From assembly GCA_037139975.1 (NCBI GenBank), contig JBAXFJ010000001.1, positions 48,586-112,585 on the forward strand: a stretch of 64,000 nucleotides of DNA. The letters run 5' to 3'. Each line of letters opens with the position of its first letter. Within the stretch, counting starts at the first letter, position 1. This document shows positions 46,674 to 56,603 of this stretch, in pieces. Under the pieces are notes generated by a model. The model did not search any database and had not been told where the DNA came from. It worked only from the letters and a program-made list of their open reading frames with translations. A program made the position numbers and the translations under genes. The stretch is from a bacterium. Lineage in GTDB: Bacteria > Patescibacteriota > Minisyncoccia > Phycocordibacterales > SBAW01.

Positions 46674-47717
46674 ATGTCAAGCGAGCCAGAAATCAGCCAG
46701 GAGCCTAGCCCCGCGCAACAAAAAGAGCCTTCAAACAATACCTTTCTTGATCAAACCTTGCGCCCCGCTTCATGGAGTGAATATGTGGGCCAGGACGCCA
46801 TTAAAAACAACCTTCAAATTCTGATTTCAGCTGCCCGCGAGCGCAAACACCCGCCCGAGCACATTCTTTTCTATGGCCCACCAGGACTCGGCAAGACCAC
46901 CCTCGCGCACCTCATCGCCGAGGAGCAGGGAGCGGCACTGCGCTCAACATCAGGCCCCGCCATCGAGCGCGTGGGCGACCTGGCTGCCTTGCTCAACAAC
47001 TTAAACTCGGGCGATATTTTATTTATCGATGAGATTCACCGCCTCTCGCGCGCAATCGAAGAAGTCCTCTACCCCGCGATGGAGTCGGGCGTTTTGAATA
47101 TTATGATCGGTAAGGGCCCTTCTGCCAGAACAGTTGAACTGCCGCTGCCGCCGTTTACTTTGATAGCCGCCACCACACGCATCGCAAGCCTCTCGGCACC
47201 ACTGCGCTCGCGCTTCTCGGGCGGCGTCTTTCGACTTGAGTTTTATTCAGACACCGACATCGAGCGCATCGTTGCCCGCTCGGCAAAGATTTTGGGCGTC
47301 GAGGTCGAGGCAAGCGGCGTGAGCGAAATCGCAAAGCGCAGCCGCTTTACCCCGCGCACGGCCAACTATTTGCTCAAGCGGGCGCGCGACTATGCCCAGC
47401 TGCAAAAAGTCCCGCTTTCAAAAAAAGTAGTTGACGAAGCCTTGGCGATGCTTGAGGTCGACTCACTTGGACTCACCCCGCTCGACCGACGCCTACTCGA
47501 AGTGCTCATAACACGCTTCCACGGCGGCCCCGCGGGTGTTTCTTCTTTGGCCGCAGCCTTGGCCGAAGAACCCGCCACTGTGTCTGAAGTCCACGAACCC
47601 TTTCTCCTACAACTCGGCCTCATCGAACGCACCCCTCGCGGCCGCGTCGCCACCAAAAAAGCATATGAGCATTTAGGAAAAGAAGTCCCGCGGGATTTGA
47701 GTGAAAAGTTGCTATAA
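46674..47717 (+). CDS. ruvB: Holliday junction ATP-dependent DNA helicase RuvB
   Basis: ...ILFYGPPGLGKTTLAHLIA..., ...ILFIDEIHRL... Confidence 0.95.
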   Translation: MSSEPEISQEPSPAQQKEPSNNTFLDQTLRPASWSEYVGQDAIKNNLQILISAARERKHPPEHILFYGPPGLGKTTLAHLIAEEQGAALRSTSGPAIERVGDLAALLNNLNSGDILFIDEIHRLSRAIEEVLYPAMESGVLNIMIGKGPSARTVELPLPPFTLIAATTRIASLSAPLRSRFSGGVFRLEFYSDTDIERIVARSAKILGVEVEASGVSEIAKRSRFTPRTANYLLKRARDYAQLQKVPLSKKVVDEALAMLEVDSLGLTPLDRRLLEVLITRFHGGPAGVSSLAAALAEEPATVSEVHEPFLLQLGLIERTPRGRVATKKAYEHLGKEVPRDLSEKLL

Positions 47718-47762
47718 GAGTGCCTACTTTTTCTTTTTTAAAAGAGCGAGTATATTGTCTAC

Positions 47763-48293
47763 ATGTCCGGACACAACAAGTGGAGCAAGATAAAGCACAA
47801 AAAGGCGGCGACTGATGCGCGCAAGAGCAAGGTGTTTTCAAAAATGGTGCGGTTTATTACCGTTGAGGCCAAAAAAGCCAAAGGCGACAAAAACTCGCCC
47901 GGCCTCCGGCTCGCTATAGAAAAAGCACGGGCCGAGAATATGCCCGCCGACAACATCGAGCGCGCCATCTCCAAAGCCTCGGCTTCGTCGGACAACCTCG
48001 AGCAGGTGGTATACGAAGCATATGGACCGGGCGGCGCGGCTATTGTGATAGAGGGCTACACCGATAATAAAAACCGTACCGTGCAAGAAATCAAACACAT
48101 TTTGAGCAAAAACGACGGCTCGTTTGCCGCCCAGGGCGCGGCGATGTGGGCGTTCCAGAAAAACGCCGAGGGTAAACTCGAGCCCCTCTCCCCGGTCGAC
48201 CTCTCGGACGACGACCTCGAAAAACTCGCGGTCATCATCGACGAGCTTGAAGAACAAGACGACGTGAGCGAGGTATATACGAACGCCGCCTAG
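47763..48293 (+). CDS. yebC: YebC/PmpR-family transcriptional regulator (short form)
   Basis: MSGHNKWSKIKHKKAATDARKSKVFSKM is the canonical YebC N-terminus. Confidence 0.85.
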   Translation: MSGHNKWSKIKHKKAATDARKSKVFSKMVRFITVEAKKAKGDKNSPGLRLAIEKARAENMPADNIERAISKASASSDNLEQVVYEAYGPGGAAIVIEGYTDNKNRTVQEIKHILSKNDGSFAAQGAAMWAFQKNAEGKLEPLSPVDLSDDDLEKLAVIIDELEEQDDVSEVYTNAA

Positions 48294-48341
48294 TTCAAAC
48301 TCTTTTTAGGAACTACGTTGTGCTTGGTTTATGATTAGCCT

Positions 48342-48836
48342 ATGAGAGTCCTCGCATTTGACCCGGGGTTTGAGCGGCTGGGGGCCGCAGTTTTGGAGAA
48401 AAATCCGCCAGCTGGCGGAGTCGGCAAAGATGTCCTTCTACATTCCGAGTGTATCCACACCAGCCCCAAACTTAGCTTTGAAGAGCGGCTTTTACTGCTC
48501 GGCAAAGAGACTGAGGGTTTAATTACAAAGTGGCAGCCGGACATGGTCGCCATTGAGGACGTATATTTTGAAAACAACGCTAAGACCGCTATGCAGGTGG
48601 CCGAGGTGTGCGGCATGCTCAAATACATTGCTTTGTCACACGGCGCGCCCCTCACCCACTACTCACCGTTACAGGTGAAAGTCGCGATTACTGGCTATGG
48701 CAAAAGCGACAAGGTGGCGGTGGCGCACATGGTTGCACGGCTCGTTGCTCTGCCCGAAAAAAAACGCCTTGACGACGAAATCGATGCAATTGCAGTGGGT
48801 TTGACATGCTTGGCCTCCACTCGTTTGCCTTCATAG
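48342..48836 (+). CDS. ruvC: Crossover junction endodeoxyribonuclease RuvC
   Basis: MRVLAFDPGFERLGAAVLE...MVAIEDVYFENNAKTAMQVAE is the catalytic DEDD scaffold. Confidence 0.9.
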   Translation: MRVLAFDPGFERLGAAVLEKNPPAGGVGKDVLLHSECIHTSPKLSFEERLLLLGKETEGLITKWQPDMVAIEDVYFENNAKTAMQVAEVCGMLKYIALSHGAPLTHYSPLQVKVAITGYGKSDKVAVAHMVARLVALPEKKRLDDEIDAIAVGLTCLASTRLPS

Positions 48837-48967
48837 AAATATCAAAAAGATTACGGTATTCTGCGACTATCCACAGGGCTCTAGAATACGACTTGCAAAG
48901 GATATCAGATTTGGTACAACACTGATGTTACGGGCACATTCGTGATTACTAAATAAAAACAGTATAT

Positions 48968-49099
48968 ATGTTTGATGAGTTTGAGCCGGGGGCAGAGTTT
49001 GCCGCGCTTGAAGACGAGCTTGATGAAGACACTGAGCTCGATGATGAAGAAACAGATGATGATGTTGACGACGAAGATTTAGAAGACGAAGAGATATAG
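48968..49099 (+). CDS. Small highly acidic peptide (43 aa), hypothetical
   Basis: MFDEFEPGAEFAALEDELDEDTELDDEETDDDVDDEDLEDEEI, followed immediately by a strong terminator. Confidence 0.25.
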   Translation: MFDEFEPGAEFAALEDELDEDTELDDEETDDDVDDEDLEDEEI

Positions 49100-49100
49100 G

Positions 49101-49135
49101 AAAAACGCGCTCTGCAATCAGAGCGCGTTTTTTTG
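49101..49135. terminator. Strong bidirectional intrinsic terminator
   Basis: AAAAACGCGCTCTG-caat-CAGAGCGCGTTTTTTT. Confidence 0.75.
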
Positions 49136-49150
49136 AATCTTATTTCACCT

Positions 49151-50308
49151 TTATTTTACGGTTATTTTTAAGAATCGGTGTTTACCGATGCGTAGCGTTG
49201 TATCTTTTGTGATAGCGGCTGTCCCCTCAGTTAGTTTTTCACCTTCTACTTCCCCCACCGCACCCGCTTCAAGCAGGCGGCGCAACTCACTTTTTGAATC
49301 ACCAAGTGTGGTGAGCGCGTCCAAAAGAGTGCTTCCTTTCTCAACAACTACTTCAGGAATGTTTTCTGGCACGCCGCCGTCTGAAAACGTATTGGTGAAG
49401 TCTTCTTCTGCCTTCTGTGCTGCTTCAGTGTTGTGGTACATCGTCACAATCTCGCGCGCCAAGCGCATCTTGGCTTCTTTAGGGTGGCCTGCGAGGATTT
49501 GTTTGATCTCACCTTCGGGCACATCGGTGCATATTTCAAAGTAGCCTGGCACGAGCTCGTCTTTAAGCGACATAAGTTTGCCATACATGTCTGCTGGGAC
49601 ATCGTCGAGATAGACGCAGTTGTTGTATGACTTACTCATCTTGCGGCCATCGAGGCCTTCAATAAGGCGGAGCGTGAGCACAAACTTCTCCCGCTTACCA
49701 AACGCACGCTGCAAGTGTCGTCCTGCAAGCATGTTGAATTCTTGGTCCGAGCCGCCCAACTCGCAGTCAACGTCGAGCATAACTGAGTCGTAGCCCACCA
49801 TGAGCGGGTAAAGAAACTCGTGCAGAGCAATTGGCTTGCCTTCTTCCATCCGTTTTTGAAACATGTCGCGCTGGAGCATCTGCTGCACGGTGAAATTGCT
49901 TGCGAGATTTACAATTTCAGAAAAGTTTAGCGGCTGGAGCCATTCATCATTGTAGCGAACTTCAACTTTTGAAAAATCGAGAATTTTTGAAGCTTGTTCT
50001 TTGTAAGTTTGGAAATTCTGTTCTACTTGGTCTTTCGTGAGCGAGACCCGAGCGGCGTCGCGACCTGTGGGGTCGCCGATCATTGCAGTGAAACTTCCTA
50101 CGAGAAATATCACATGGTGTCCCGCATCGGTAAAACTCTTTAATTTTCGCAGTGGTACTGCGTGCCCAAGGTGTATCCGAGCACCCGTTGGGTCAATCCC
50201 CCAGTAGATACGCAACGGCTCGCCCGATGCCAGTTTTTTGACTGCAAGTTCTTTTGGAATCACATTTTCCACACTCCGTGTAAGCAAGTTTGCGTTCATA
50301 CGCAACAC
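49151..50308 (-). CDS. tyrS: Tyrosyl-tRNA synthetase
   Basis: Class I motifs (GIDPTGARIHLGH, KMSKS) plus a C-terminal S4-like RNA-binding domain. 385 aa. Confidence 0.8.
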   Translation of the reverse strand: MLRMNANLLTRSVENVIPKELAVKKLASGEPLRIYWGIDPTGARIHLGHAVPLRKLKSFTDAGHHVIFLVGSFTAMIGDPTGRDAARVSLTKDQVEQNFQTYKEQASKILDFSKVEVRYNDEWLQPLNFSEIVNLASNFTVQQMLQRDMFQKRMEEGKPIALHEFLYPLMVGYDSVMLDVDCELGGSDQEFNMLAGRHLQRAFGKREKFVLTLRLIEGLDGRKMSKSYNNCVYLDDVPADMYGKLMSLKDELVPGYFEICTDVPEGEIKQILAGHPKEAKMRLAREIVTMYHNTEAAQKAEEDFTNTFSDGGVPENIPEVVVEKGSTLLDALTTLGDSKSELRRLLEAGAVGEVEGEKLTEGTAAITKDTTLRIGKHRFLKITVK

Positions 50309-50342
50309 TGTACCACAGCCGTGCGCGTGATAGAATGCCGCT

Positions 50343-52493
50343 ATGAAGAAGCCTTATGCAGTGCGACATTGGCGCGGAATTATTCTGTGGCTTCTGAGCC
50401 TCTGCTTCTTGTTGGGGGGTGGCCTATTCTTGTGGGCGGCGACCCTACAGTTGCCCGACATCACCTCGATTGAAAATCGCAAGATGGACCAATCCCTCAA
50501 AATATATGACAAGACGGGTAGCGTCTTGCTCTATAACATGAACAGCGGTGCACAACGCACCGTGGTGACGCTCGACAACATCTCGCCCAACATCCAAAAC
50601 GCCACCATTTCAATTGAGGACCCAAACTTTTATACCAACCATGGCATTGAGGTGCGGGCAATCCTGCGAGCGCTTCTGGCAGACCTCACGCCAGGGGGTG
50701 TCACCCAAGGTGGCTCAACCATCACCCAACAGGTGATCAAAATGTCGGTTCTCACCACCGACAAAACAATTACACGCAAACTCAAGGAGTGGGTGCTTGC
50801 ACTCAAGATAGAAAAAGTGCTTTCAAAACAGCAAATCTTGCAACTCTATCTCAACCAAGCATCCTATGGCGGCAACATGTATGGTGTTGAGCAAGCGTCC
50901 GAAACCTTTTTTGGCAAACATGCCAGCGAGGTAACGGTTCCCGAGGCAGCCTACTTGGCAGCAATCATCAATGCGCCCACCTTCTATTCGCCCTATGGGA
51001 GCCACAAAAAGGCCTTGGACGCGCGTAAAGACCTTGTGCTCGATGAAATGTTCAAGCACGGCTACATAAACACACAACAACGAGACGAGGCCAAGAAAAC
51101 CCTGGTGACATTCTTAACTCCAAAAATATCATCAATCACCGCGCCGCACTTTGTCTTTTACGTGCAGCAATATCTGGAAAATAAATACGGTGAAAGTGTT
51201 CTTGAAGAGGGTGGTTGGAGCGTCATCACCTCACTCGACGCCGACCTGCAGGCAAAAGCCGAAGAAGTGGTGCAGGCACATGCGCAAAGCAACCAGACAG
51301 ACTTTAACGCATCAAATGCTGGGCTCATTGCCCTTGACCCGCAGACGGGGCAGATCCTTGCGATGGTTGGTTCACGAAACTATTTTGACACCACCATCGA
51401 TGGTAACTTCAACGTGACTCTGGCAGCACGCCAACCGGGCTCAGCGTTCAAGCCATTTGCGTATGCTGAAGCATTCACAAAAGGATATACGCCCGATACG
51501 GTGGTATTCGATGTACATACTCAGTTTTCAACTTCATGTAAACCAGATGACTTTAGCAGCACGCCACCCTGTTACTCTCCGGTAAACTACGATAATGCAT
51601 TCTTAGGTCCCATGACACTCCGAAACGCACTCGCGCAGTCAAGAAACGTCCCCGCCGTTAAAACCCTCTACCTTGCAGGACTTCCCGATACACTCAAACT
51701 TGCAAAGTCTATGGGCATCACAACCCTAGGAGACCCAAATCAGTATGGTCTCACACTCGTGCTGGGTGGTGGTGAAGTGCGGCTCCTTGATATGGCGAGC
51801 GCGTATGGCACCTTTGCACAAAATGGCGTTCACCACACTCCTGTGTCCGTACTGCAGATCAAAGATGCGGGCGGTACAATCATTGAAGACAATACACAAA
51901 ATCCTGGTGACCAGGTGTTGCCGGGTGTCGTGGCTGAACAGGTGAACGACATACTTTCCGACTCAGTTGCACGCGCGCCACTGAACGAGAATGACCTACT
52001 TTCCTTTCCTGGTCGTGATGTGGCAGTTAAAACCGGTACCACCAATAATTACAAAGATGCGTGGACTGTTGGCTATACCCCCAACTTGGTCGTCGGTATG
52101 TGGGCAGGAAACAATAACAACACCCCTATGGTGCGTAAGGTGTCTGGTTTTATTGTTGGGCCTATGTGGCACGAATTTATGGCCTATGCGCTTACCAAAA
52201 CACCCAACCAATCCTTCACTCGCACCGAGCACGATATAAGTGCTCTGAAGCCCGTTTTGCGCGGTGTGTGGCAAACTCCAGGCACGGACGGACAAGTCCA
52301 CGAGATACTGTATTGGGTAAATAAAGATGATCCAAATGGATCCATACCAAACAACCCTGCGGGTGATTCACAATTTACCCTCTGGGACATTCCTGTTCAA
52401 AACTGGGTCGCCCAGCACAGCATTCCCCTTCCATCCGTAACAATTTCACCAACAAATCAAAACCTTGGGCCTTTGGTGCAACCAATACAATAA
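50343..52493 (+). CDS. Bifunctional class A penicillin-binding protein (transglycosylase + transpeptidase)
   Basis: GT51 motifs (...GGSTITQQVIK..., ...EIENRF..-like block) and transpeptidase SAFKPF (SxxK) and KTGTT. Confidence 0.9.
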   Translation: MKKPYAVRHWRGIILWLLSLCFLLGGGLFLWAATLQLPDITSIENRKMDQSLKIYDKTGSVLLYNMNSGAQRTVVTLDNISPNIQNATISIEDPNFYTNHGIEVRAILRALLADLTPGGVTQGGSTITQQVIKMSVLTTDKTITRKLKEWVLALKIEKVLSKQQILQLYLNQASYGGNMYGVEQASETFFGKHASEVTVPEAAYLAAIINAPTFYSPYGSHKKALDARKDLVLDEMFKHGYINTQQRDEAKKTLVTFLTPKISSITAPHFVFYVQQYLENKYGESVLEEGGWSVITSLDADLQAKAEEVVQAHAQSNQTDFNASNAGLIALDPQTGQILAMVGSRNYFDTTIDGNFNVTLAARQPGSAFKPFAYAEAFTKGYTPDTVVFDVHTQFSTSCKPDDFSSTPPCYSPVNYDNAFLGPMTLRNALAQSRNVPAVKTLYLAGLPDTLKLAKSMGITTLGDPNQYGLTLVLGGGEVRLLDMASAYGTFAQNGVHHTPVSVLQIKDAGGTIIEDNTQNPGDQVLPGVVAEQVNDILSDSVARAPLNENDLLSFPGRDVAVKTGTTNNYKDAWTVGYTPNLVVGMWAGNNNNTPMVRKVSGFIVGPMWHEFMAYALTKTPNQSFTRTEHDISALKPVLRGVWQTPGTDGQVHEILYWVNKDDPNGSIPNNPAGDSQFTLWDIPVQNWVAQHSIPLPSVTISPTNQNLGPLVQPIQ

Positions 52494-52496
52494 AAT

Positions 52497-53600
52497 CTAA
52501 CGGTTCATTGGCATCACGAGGTATAGAAACGATTCATCAACCGCATCTTTAACCAAAATTGGTTTACCTGGGCCGTTTGCAAAAATCCGGATACTGTCAC
52601 CTACAATAGGCAGGATACTGTCAGCTAAGTAGCGACTATTGAACGACATTGAGAGTTCGTTGCCTTTAACTGTAGCGCGCACTGTTGAAGTCTGCTCCCC
52701 CACATCTGAGTTCTTTGAAGAAAGCATGATCGCTTTTTTTGTAGGGTCAATAACCATTGTTACTTGTAAAAATTTATCGGCAAAAATAGCAAGCGACTTG
52801 AGCGCGCTAGACACTTCTTCACGAAGAACCACCCCCTCGGTAGTAAATTCTTTTGGAATAATTTGTGTGTAGTTTGGAAACGAACCATCGATAATACGAC
52901 TTGTGTAATAGGTGTTTTCAATGTGCGCTGAAATTTGATTTTCGTTGTAATAGATATCTATATCGCCTGACACACCTTCCAAAATACGCATAAGCTCTGC
53001 GGCATTGCGCGCAGGAAAGAGTAGTTGTGGCACCACACCCCCAGAGCGTAGTGGTATTGTCTTCTCAGCAAGACGAAAAGAGTCGGTTGCCACTGCGGTG
53101 AGCTTTCTTCCATCACCACATAACAATACGCTTTGTAGTTCTGGTTTAACCGTCGAGGTTGATGCACATCCAACGACATTCTTGATAGCACGCGCCAAAT
53201 CTGCACTTTTTATGGTAAATGATTTGTCTGCAGAAACCCTTGGAAGCACCGGAAAATCTTCAGTAGGGAGTGTTTTGATTGATGCAGCAACACGCTCTGT
53301 TTCCAGCCGCAACGACTCCCCAACCAACGAACCAACTATTGTTTTCCCTTGAGCGTTATGAATAAAACCTACAAGAACAACAGCAGGCACCGCAACCGTA
53401 CCATTCTCCAACACTTTTGCAGGAACCACAATTTCAACACCGCACTCGAGGTTGGTTGCACGTAGTAGTAATCGACCGTTTTCAGCGATGAGCAACACCG
53501 CACCAAGAACAGGTAGGTTTGCGCGTTTCTCTGCAAACCGAGCTGCAACTGCAACCGCCTTCATGAGTTGTTCTGTTGTTGTTTCAAATTTCATATACAA
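52497..53600 (-). CDS. dnaN: DNA polymerase III beta sliding clamp
   Basis: MKFETTTEQLMKAVAVAARFAEKRANLPVLGAVLL... Three-domain length. Downstream of dnaA. Confidence 0.9.
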   Translation of the reverse strand: MYMKFETTTEQLMKAVAVAARFAEKRANLPVLGAVLLIAENGRLLLRATNLECGVEIVVPAKVLENGTVAVPAVVLVGFIHNAQGKTIVGSLVGESLRLETERVAASIKTLPTEDFPVLPRVSADKSFTIKSADLARAIKNVVGCASTSTVKPELQSVLLCGDGRKLTAVATDSFRLAEKTIPLRSGGVVPQLLFPARNAAELMRILEGVSGDIDIYYNENQISAHIENTYYTSRIIDGSFPNYTQIIPKEFTTEGVVLREEVSSALKSLAIFADKFLQVTMVIDPTKKAIMLSSKNSDVGEQTSTVRATVKGNELSMSFNSRYLADSILPIVGDSIRIFANGPGKPILVKDAVDESFLYLVMPMNR

Positions 53601-53858
53601 AAAATCTATTATTACTAGGGGTGTGGATTACTCGGATAAGTCCATAATAGCCTTACAGGACTTTGTGGTTTTGTGTGTGCCGCATTGTGTCATAACTGTA
53701 TAGAGATGTGTGGATGTGTGGATAAAGTAAGTTACGTTTTGTTTTTTATAGGGAGAGCGTTTTTTTCCCGACTTGTACACGGTGTATTCCAATGCTGTCC
53801 CCATAGATATTCTTTTGTTATACACAGGGTTATACATACAGTGTCCACACAAGCATGC
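53601..53858. promoter_or_regulatory. Candidate chromosomal origin (oriC): DnaA-box cluster plus AT-rich tract in the dnaA-dnaN spacer
   Basis: DnaA-box-like 9-mers: tgtggatta (53622), tgtggatgt (53710), tgtggataa (53718, a perfect TTATCCACA complement) and tgtccacac (53842). AT-rich tract gttttgttttttatagg... Confidence 0.5.
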
Positions 53859-55199
53859 CTACTTCAACATGAGGCGAATTTGATGCAGTTCTTGTGAGAG
53901 AATACTGTCGTTCAATATATCGCTGCGTATTTTATCACATGAGTGGATCACTGTGGTGTGGTCACGACCACCAAGCTTCTCCCCTATGGTTGGAAACGAT
54001 ATTTTAAAATCCTCACGCAAGATAAACATAATCATCTGTCGCGGACGCACCACCTCTTTGCGCCGTGTTTTCTCATACACACTCGCTTCATCAATGCCGT
54101 AGAAGCTTGCTATGGTGCGCACCACTTCCTGCACAGAAATAGCTTTTTTTGCAAGGGTGCCAGCGCTACGTAAGAGGTTTTTTGCATCAACAATAGTGAG
54201 TGGAATATTGCGTAGTTCGAACTGTATCAACAGAAGATTGAGTGCACCCTCGAGTTCACGCACGTTGCCTTCTATGGTCTCCGCCAGGTAGGCAAGCACC
54301 TCGTCTGGTAAAAGTACGTTGTGTGCGGCTGTTTTTGCGCGTACGATGGCATAGCGGGATTCGTGGTCAGGTGGCGTCACCGAGACAACCATCCCTGACC
54401 CAAGACGCGACTTGATGCGGTCTTCGAGGTTTTGAATCATGTTTGGGTGTTGATCGGACGAAAAAACCAGCTGTTTATTGCCATCATGCAGGTAGTTGAA
54501 TAGGTGAAAAAACTCTTCTTTTGTTTTTTCCATTTTTGCCAGGAACTGGATGTCGTCCATGATGAGTAGATCGTATTGACGATATTTTTCTTTAAAACTA
54601 TTCACCTTTCCAGACTGCACGGAATTGATGTAGTCCATGGAAAACTTCTCGGAGGTAAGATAGAGCACTTTTCGGTCTGGTGTGTTGACGCGGAAATGGT
54701 TGCCAATGGCTTGTATCAGGTGTGTTTTACCCAAACCAGTAGGTCCATAGATCAACAGAGGGTTATACGCACTTCCCGGTCGCTTGATGACGGCTTGTGC
54801 TGCGGCGTGGGCCAGTTCATTGAACGGACCGACCACAAATGACGCTAAAGAAAAGCGCGGATTTAGGTTGGTTTTTGCGTGAACGCTCTCAAGAGGTAGT
54901 TCAAAAGGGGTCGTGGGTGGATGGAGTATTTCATCAGCTTGTTTTTTTGGGTTGCGAGAAATGCTGTATTCAACTGAACGAACACTGCTCTCGAGTCCAC
55001 GCAATGAACGTAAAACATCTTTATGAAATTTTGTTGAAAGCCAGTCTCGAGCAAATTGACTAGGGACTCCAAGAGAAACAACTCCATCTTCAACGCGCAG
55101 AATGTGTGTATCTTTGAACCAGGTGTTGAAGTTTGGTTTAGAAATGCTCAGCTCCAGCTCAACAAGTGCATTTTCCCAAAGTTCTTTTGTGGTGGTCAT
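53859..55199 (-). CDS. dnaA: Chromosomal replication initiator protein DnaA
   Basis: Start trimmed to MTTTKELWENALVELE. AAA+ Walker A IYGPTGLGKTHL. C-terminal DnaA-box-binding HTH. Confidence 0.9.
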   Translation of the reverse strand: MTTTKELWENALVELELSISKPNFNTWFKDTHILRVEDGVVSLGVPSQFARDWLSTKFHKDVLRSLRGLESSVRSVEYSISRNPKKQADEILHPPTTPFELPLESVHAKTNLNPRFSLASFVVGPFNELAHAAAQAVIKRPGSAYNPLLIYGPTGLGKTHLIQAIGNHFRVNTPDRKVLYLTSEKFSMDYINSVQSGKVNSFKEKYRQYDLLIMDDIQFLAKMEKTKEEFFHLFNYLHDGNKQLVFSSDQHPNMIQNLEDRIKSRLGSGMVVSVTPPDHESRYAIVRAKTAAHNVLLPDEVLAYLAETIEGNVRELEGALNLLLIQFELRNIPLTIVDAKNLLRSAGTLAKKAISVQEVVRTIASFYGIDEASVYEKTRRKEVVRPRQMIMFILREDFKISFPTIGEKLGGRDHTTVIHSCDKIRSDILNDSILSQELHQIRLMLK

Positions 55200-55367
55200 A
55201 GTAAAAGGTGTGCGTATGAGTACTCTAAGAGTACGGGAGTGTGGACGCACAGTCAAAAGAAGCATTTGTGTGCACAAGTTGTGCGTAAGATGGGGACAGT
55301 GTAGTATTGACACATGTCGCAAACATACCAACCAAAAAAGAGGAAGCGAGCCAGAACGCATGGTTTT

Positions 55368-55463
55368 TTGAAGCGCACCGCAAGCCCAACAGGCGCAAAG
55401 GTGCTTCTGCGCCGACGTCGCAAAGGTCGTGCAAAACTCACGGTTTCTCGCAAGGTAAAATAG
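55368..55463 (+). CDS. rpmH: 50S ribosomal protein L34, internally shortened (31 aa, TTG start)
   Basis: Manual ORF (M)[30 protein letters not shown]. The MKRT N-terminus and GRxVLxRRRxKGRxxLTV C-terminus match L34, but the central ~15 aa (THGFRARM block) are absent. Directly upstream of rnpA. Confidence 0.5.
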   Translation: MKRTASPTGAKVLLRRRRKGRAKLTVSRKVK

Positions 55464-55481
55464 CATCAAACAAAATCTCTT

Positions 55482-55811
55482 ATGCTTGCGCGAAAGAGCC
55501 GCATAGGCAAACAAGGGCTCGCTGAGGTATTCCGTGTCGGAAAACCCTTTCGTACAAGCCTACTTTCCATCAAATACCTCCCCTCCCCTGGCGTACTTCA
55601 GTGTGCGGTGGTGATATCTAAAAAGGTGGCAAAGAAAGCGGTCGAGAGAAACCGTGTTCGTCGGGCAGTATATCGAGCGCTCGTGCCCTCTGTTGCGCAA
55701 GAAAACAAAAAGCACGGTAAACTGGTAGTGTTCGTGCAAAAAATCCCTGCCGACCCGCTCACGCCAGCTTTTGTGGCTGATATGGAAAGTGTGTGGAAAA
55801 AAATAAACTAA
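55482..55811 (+). CDS. rnpA: Ribonuclease P protein component
   Basis: ...KKAVERNRVRRAVYRAL... is the RNR motif. 109 aa. rpmH-rnpA-yidC order. Confidence 0.8.
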   Translation: MLARKSRIGKQGLAEVFRVGKPFRTSLLSIKYLPSPGVLQCAVVISKKVAKKAVERNRVRRAVYRALVPSVAQENKKHGKLVVFVQKIPADPLTPAFVADMESVWKKIN

Positions 55812-55827
55812 CTCATAATTTTGAAAC

Positions 55828-56556
55828 ATGTTTGAAACTGTTTTGGTACAACCAATATACAATGTGTTTGTTTTTTTAATTGGCGTGATGCCCGGCGGCA
55901 GCGTTGGGCTCGCTATTATTGCACTTACGCTACTCATTCGCGCGCTATTTTATCCTGCATTCACCGCTTCCATCCGCACCCAGATGGGTATGCAGGCGCT
56001 GCAGGGCGAACTGGATGATATAAACACACAATACCCCGGCAAAGAAAAAGCAGAAGAACGAGCAAAAAAGACTATGGAGCTCTACAAAGAGCACAAAGTG
56101 CACCCGTTTGCTGGTTTCTTGGCGCTGCTCGTACAAATTCCCGTCTTTATTGCGCTCTATTTTGCTTTTTTTCGCCAAGGACTACCCCACATCGCAGAGC
56201 GCTTGCTCTACCCCTTTGTACACGCGCCGAGCGTTGTGCAGGTGGACTTCTTTGGCCTCATGAACTTGCTCTCGCCCCACAACATCATGCTTTCGGTGCT
56301 GGTTGTTTTGTTGCAGGGTGCTGTGGCATACCTCTCACTTGGGCGTATGAGTAATAGTGGTACAAAGACTGCTCCAGAAAAACAAGCAGCACAGAGGCTC
56401 CAACAACAGATGATGCTCTACTTTCTCCCCGCTCTGATGGGGGTTGTGTCCTACTCGCTCCCGGCTGCTGTGGGGCTCTATTTTGCTACTACAAACGCGG
56501 TTTCTGTTGGTCAAGAATGGCTCATTCGCCGTCAAAACAACTCCACACTCAAGTAA
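55828..56556 (+). CDS. yidC: Membrane protein insertase YidC (short, SpoIIIJ-like form)
   Basis: Five-TM core with ...MQALQGELDDINTQYPGKEKAEERAKKTMELYKEHKVHPFAGFLALLVQIPVFIALY... Confidence 0.9.
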   Translation: MFETVLVQPIYNVFVFLIGVMPGGSVGLAIIALTLLIRALFYPAFTASIRTQMGMQALQGELDDINTQYPGKEKAEERAKKTMELYKEHKVHPFAGFLALLVQIPVFIALYFAFFRQGLPHIAERLLYPFVHAPSVVQVDFFGLMNLLSPHNIMLSVLVVLLQGAVAYLSLGRMSNSGTKTAPEKQAAQRLQQQMMLYFLPALMGVVSYSLPAAVGLYFATTNAVSVGQEWLIRRQNNSTLK

Positions 56557-56603
56557 AAGGCACAAGATTTGCCCACCTACCCAGCCTGGAGTATTGTGGG
56601 TGT

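Noticed and set aside
55200-55514. 105-codon N-terminal extension of the dnaA ORF (track start 55514)
   Set aside because: The extension is Cys/His/Leu-rich with no DnaA similarity and would overlap the rpmH region. The conserved DnaA N-terminus begins at MTTTKELWENALVELE (55199).
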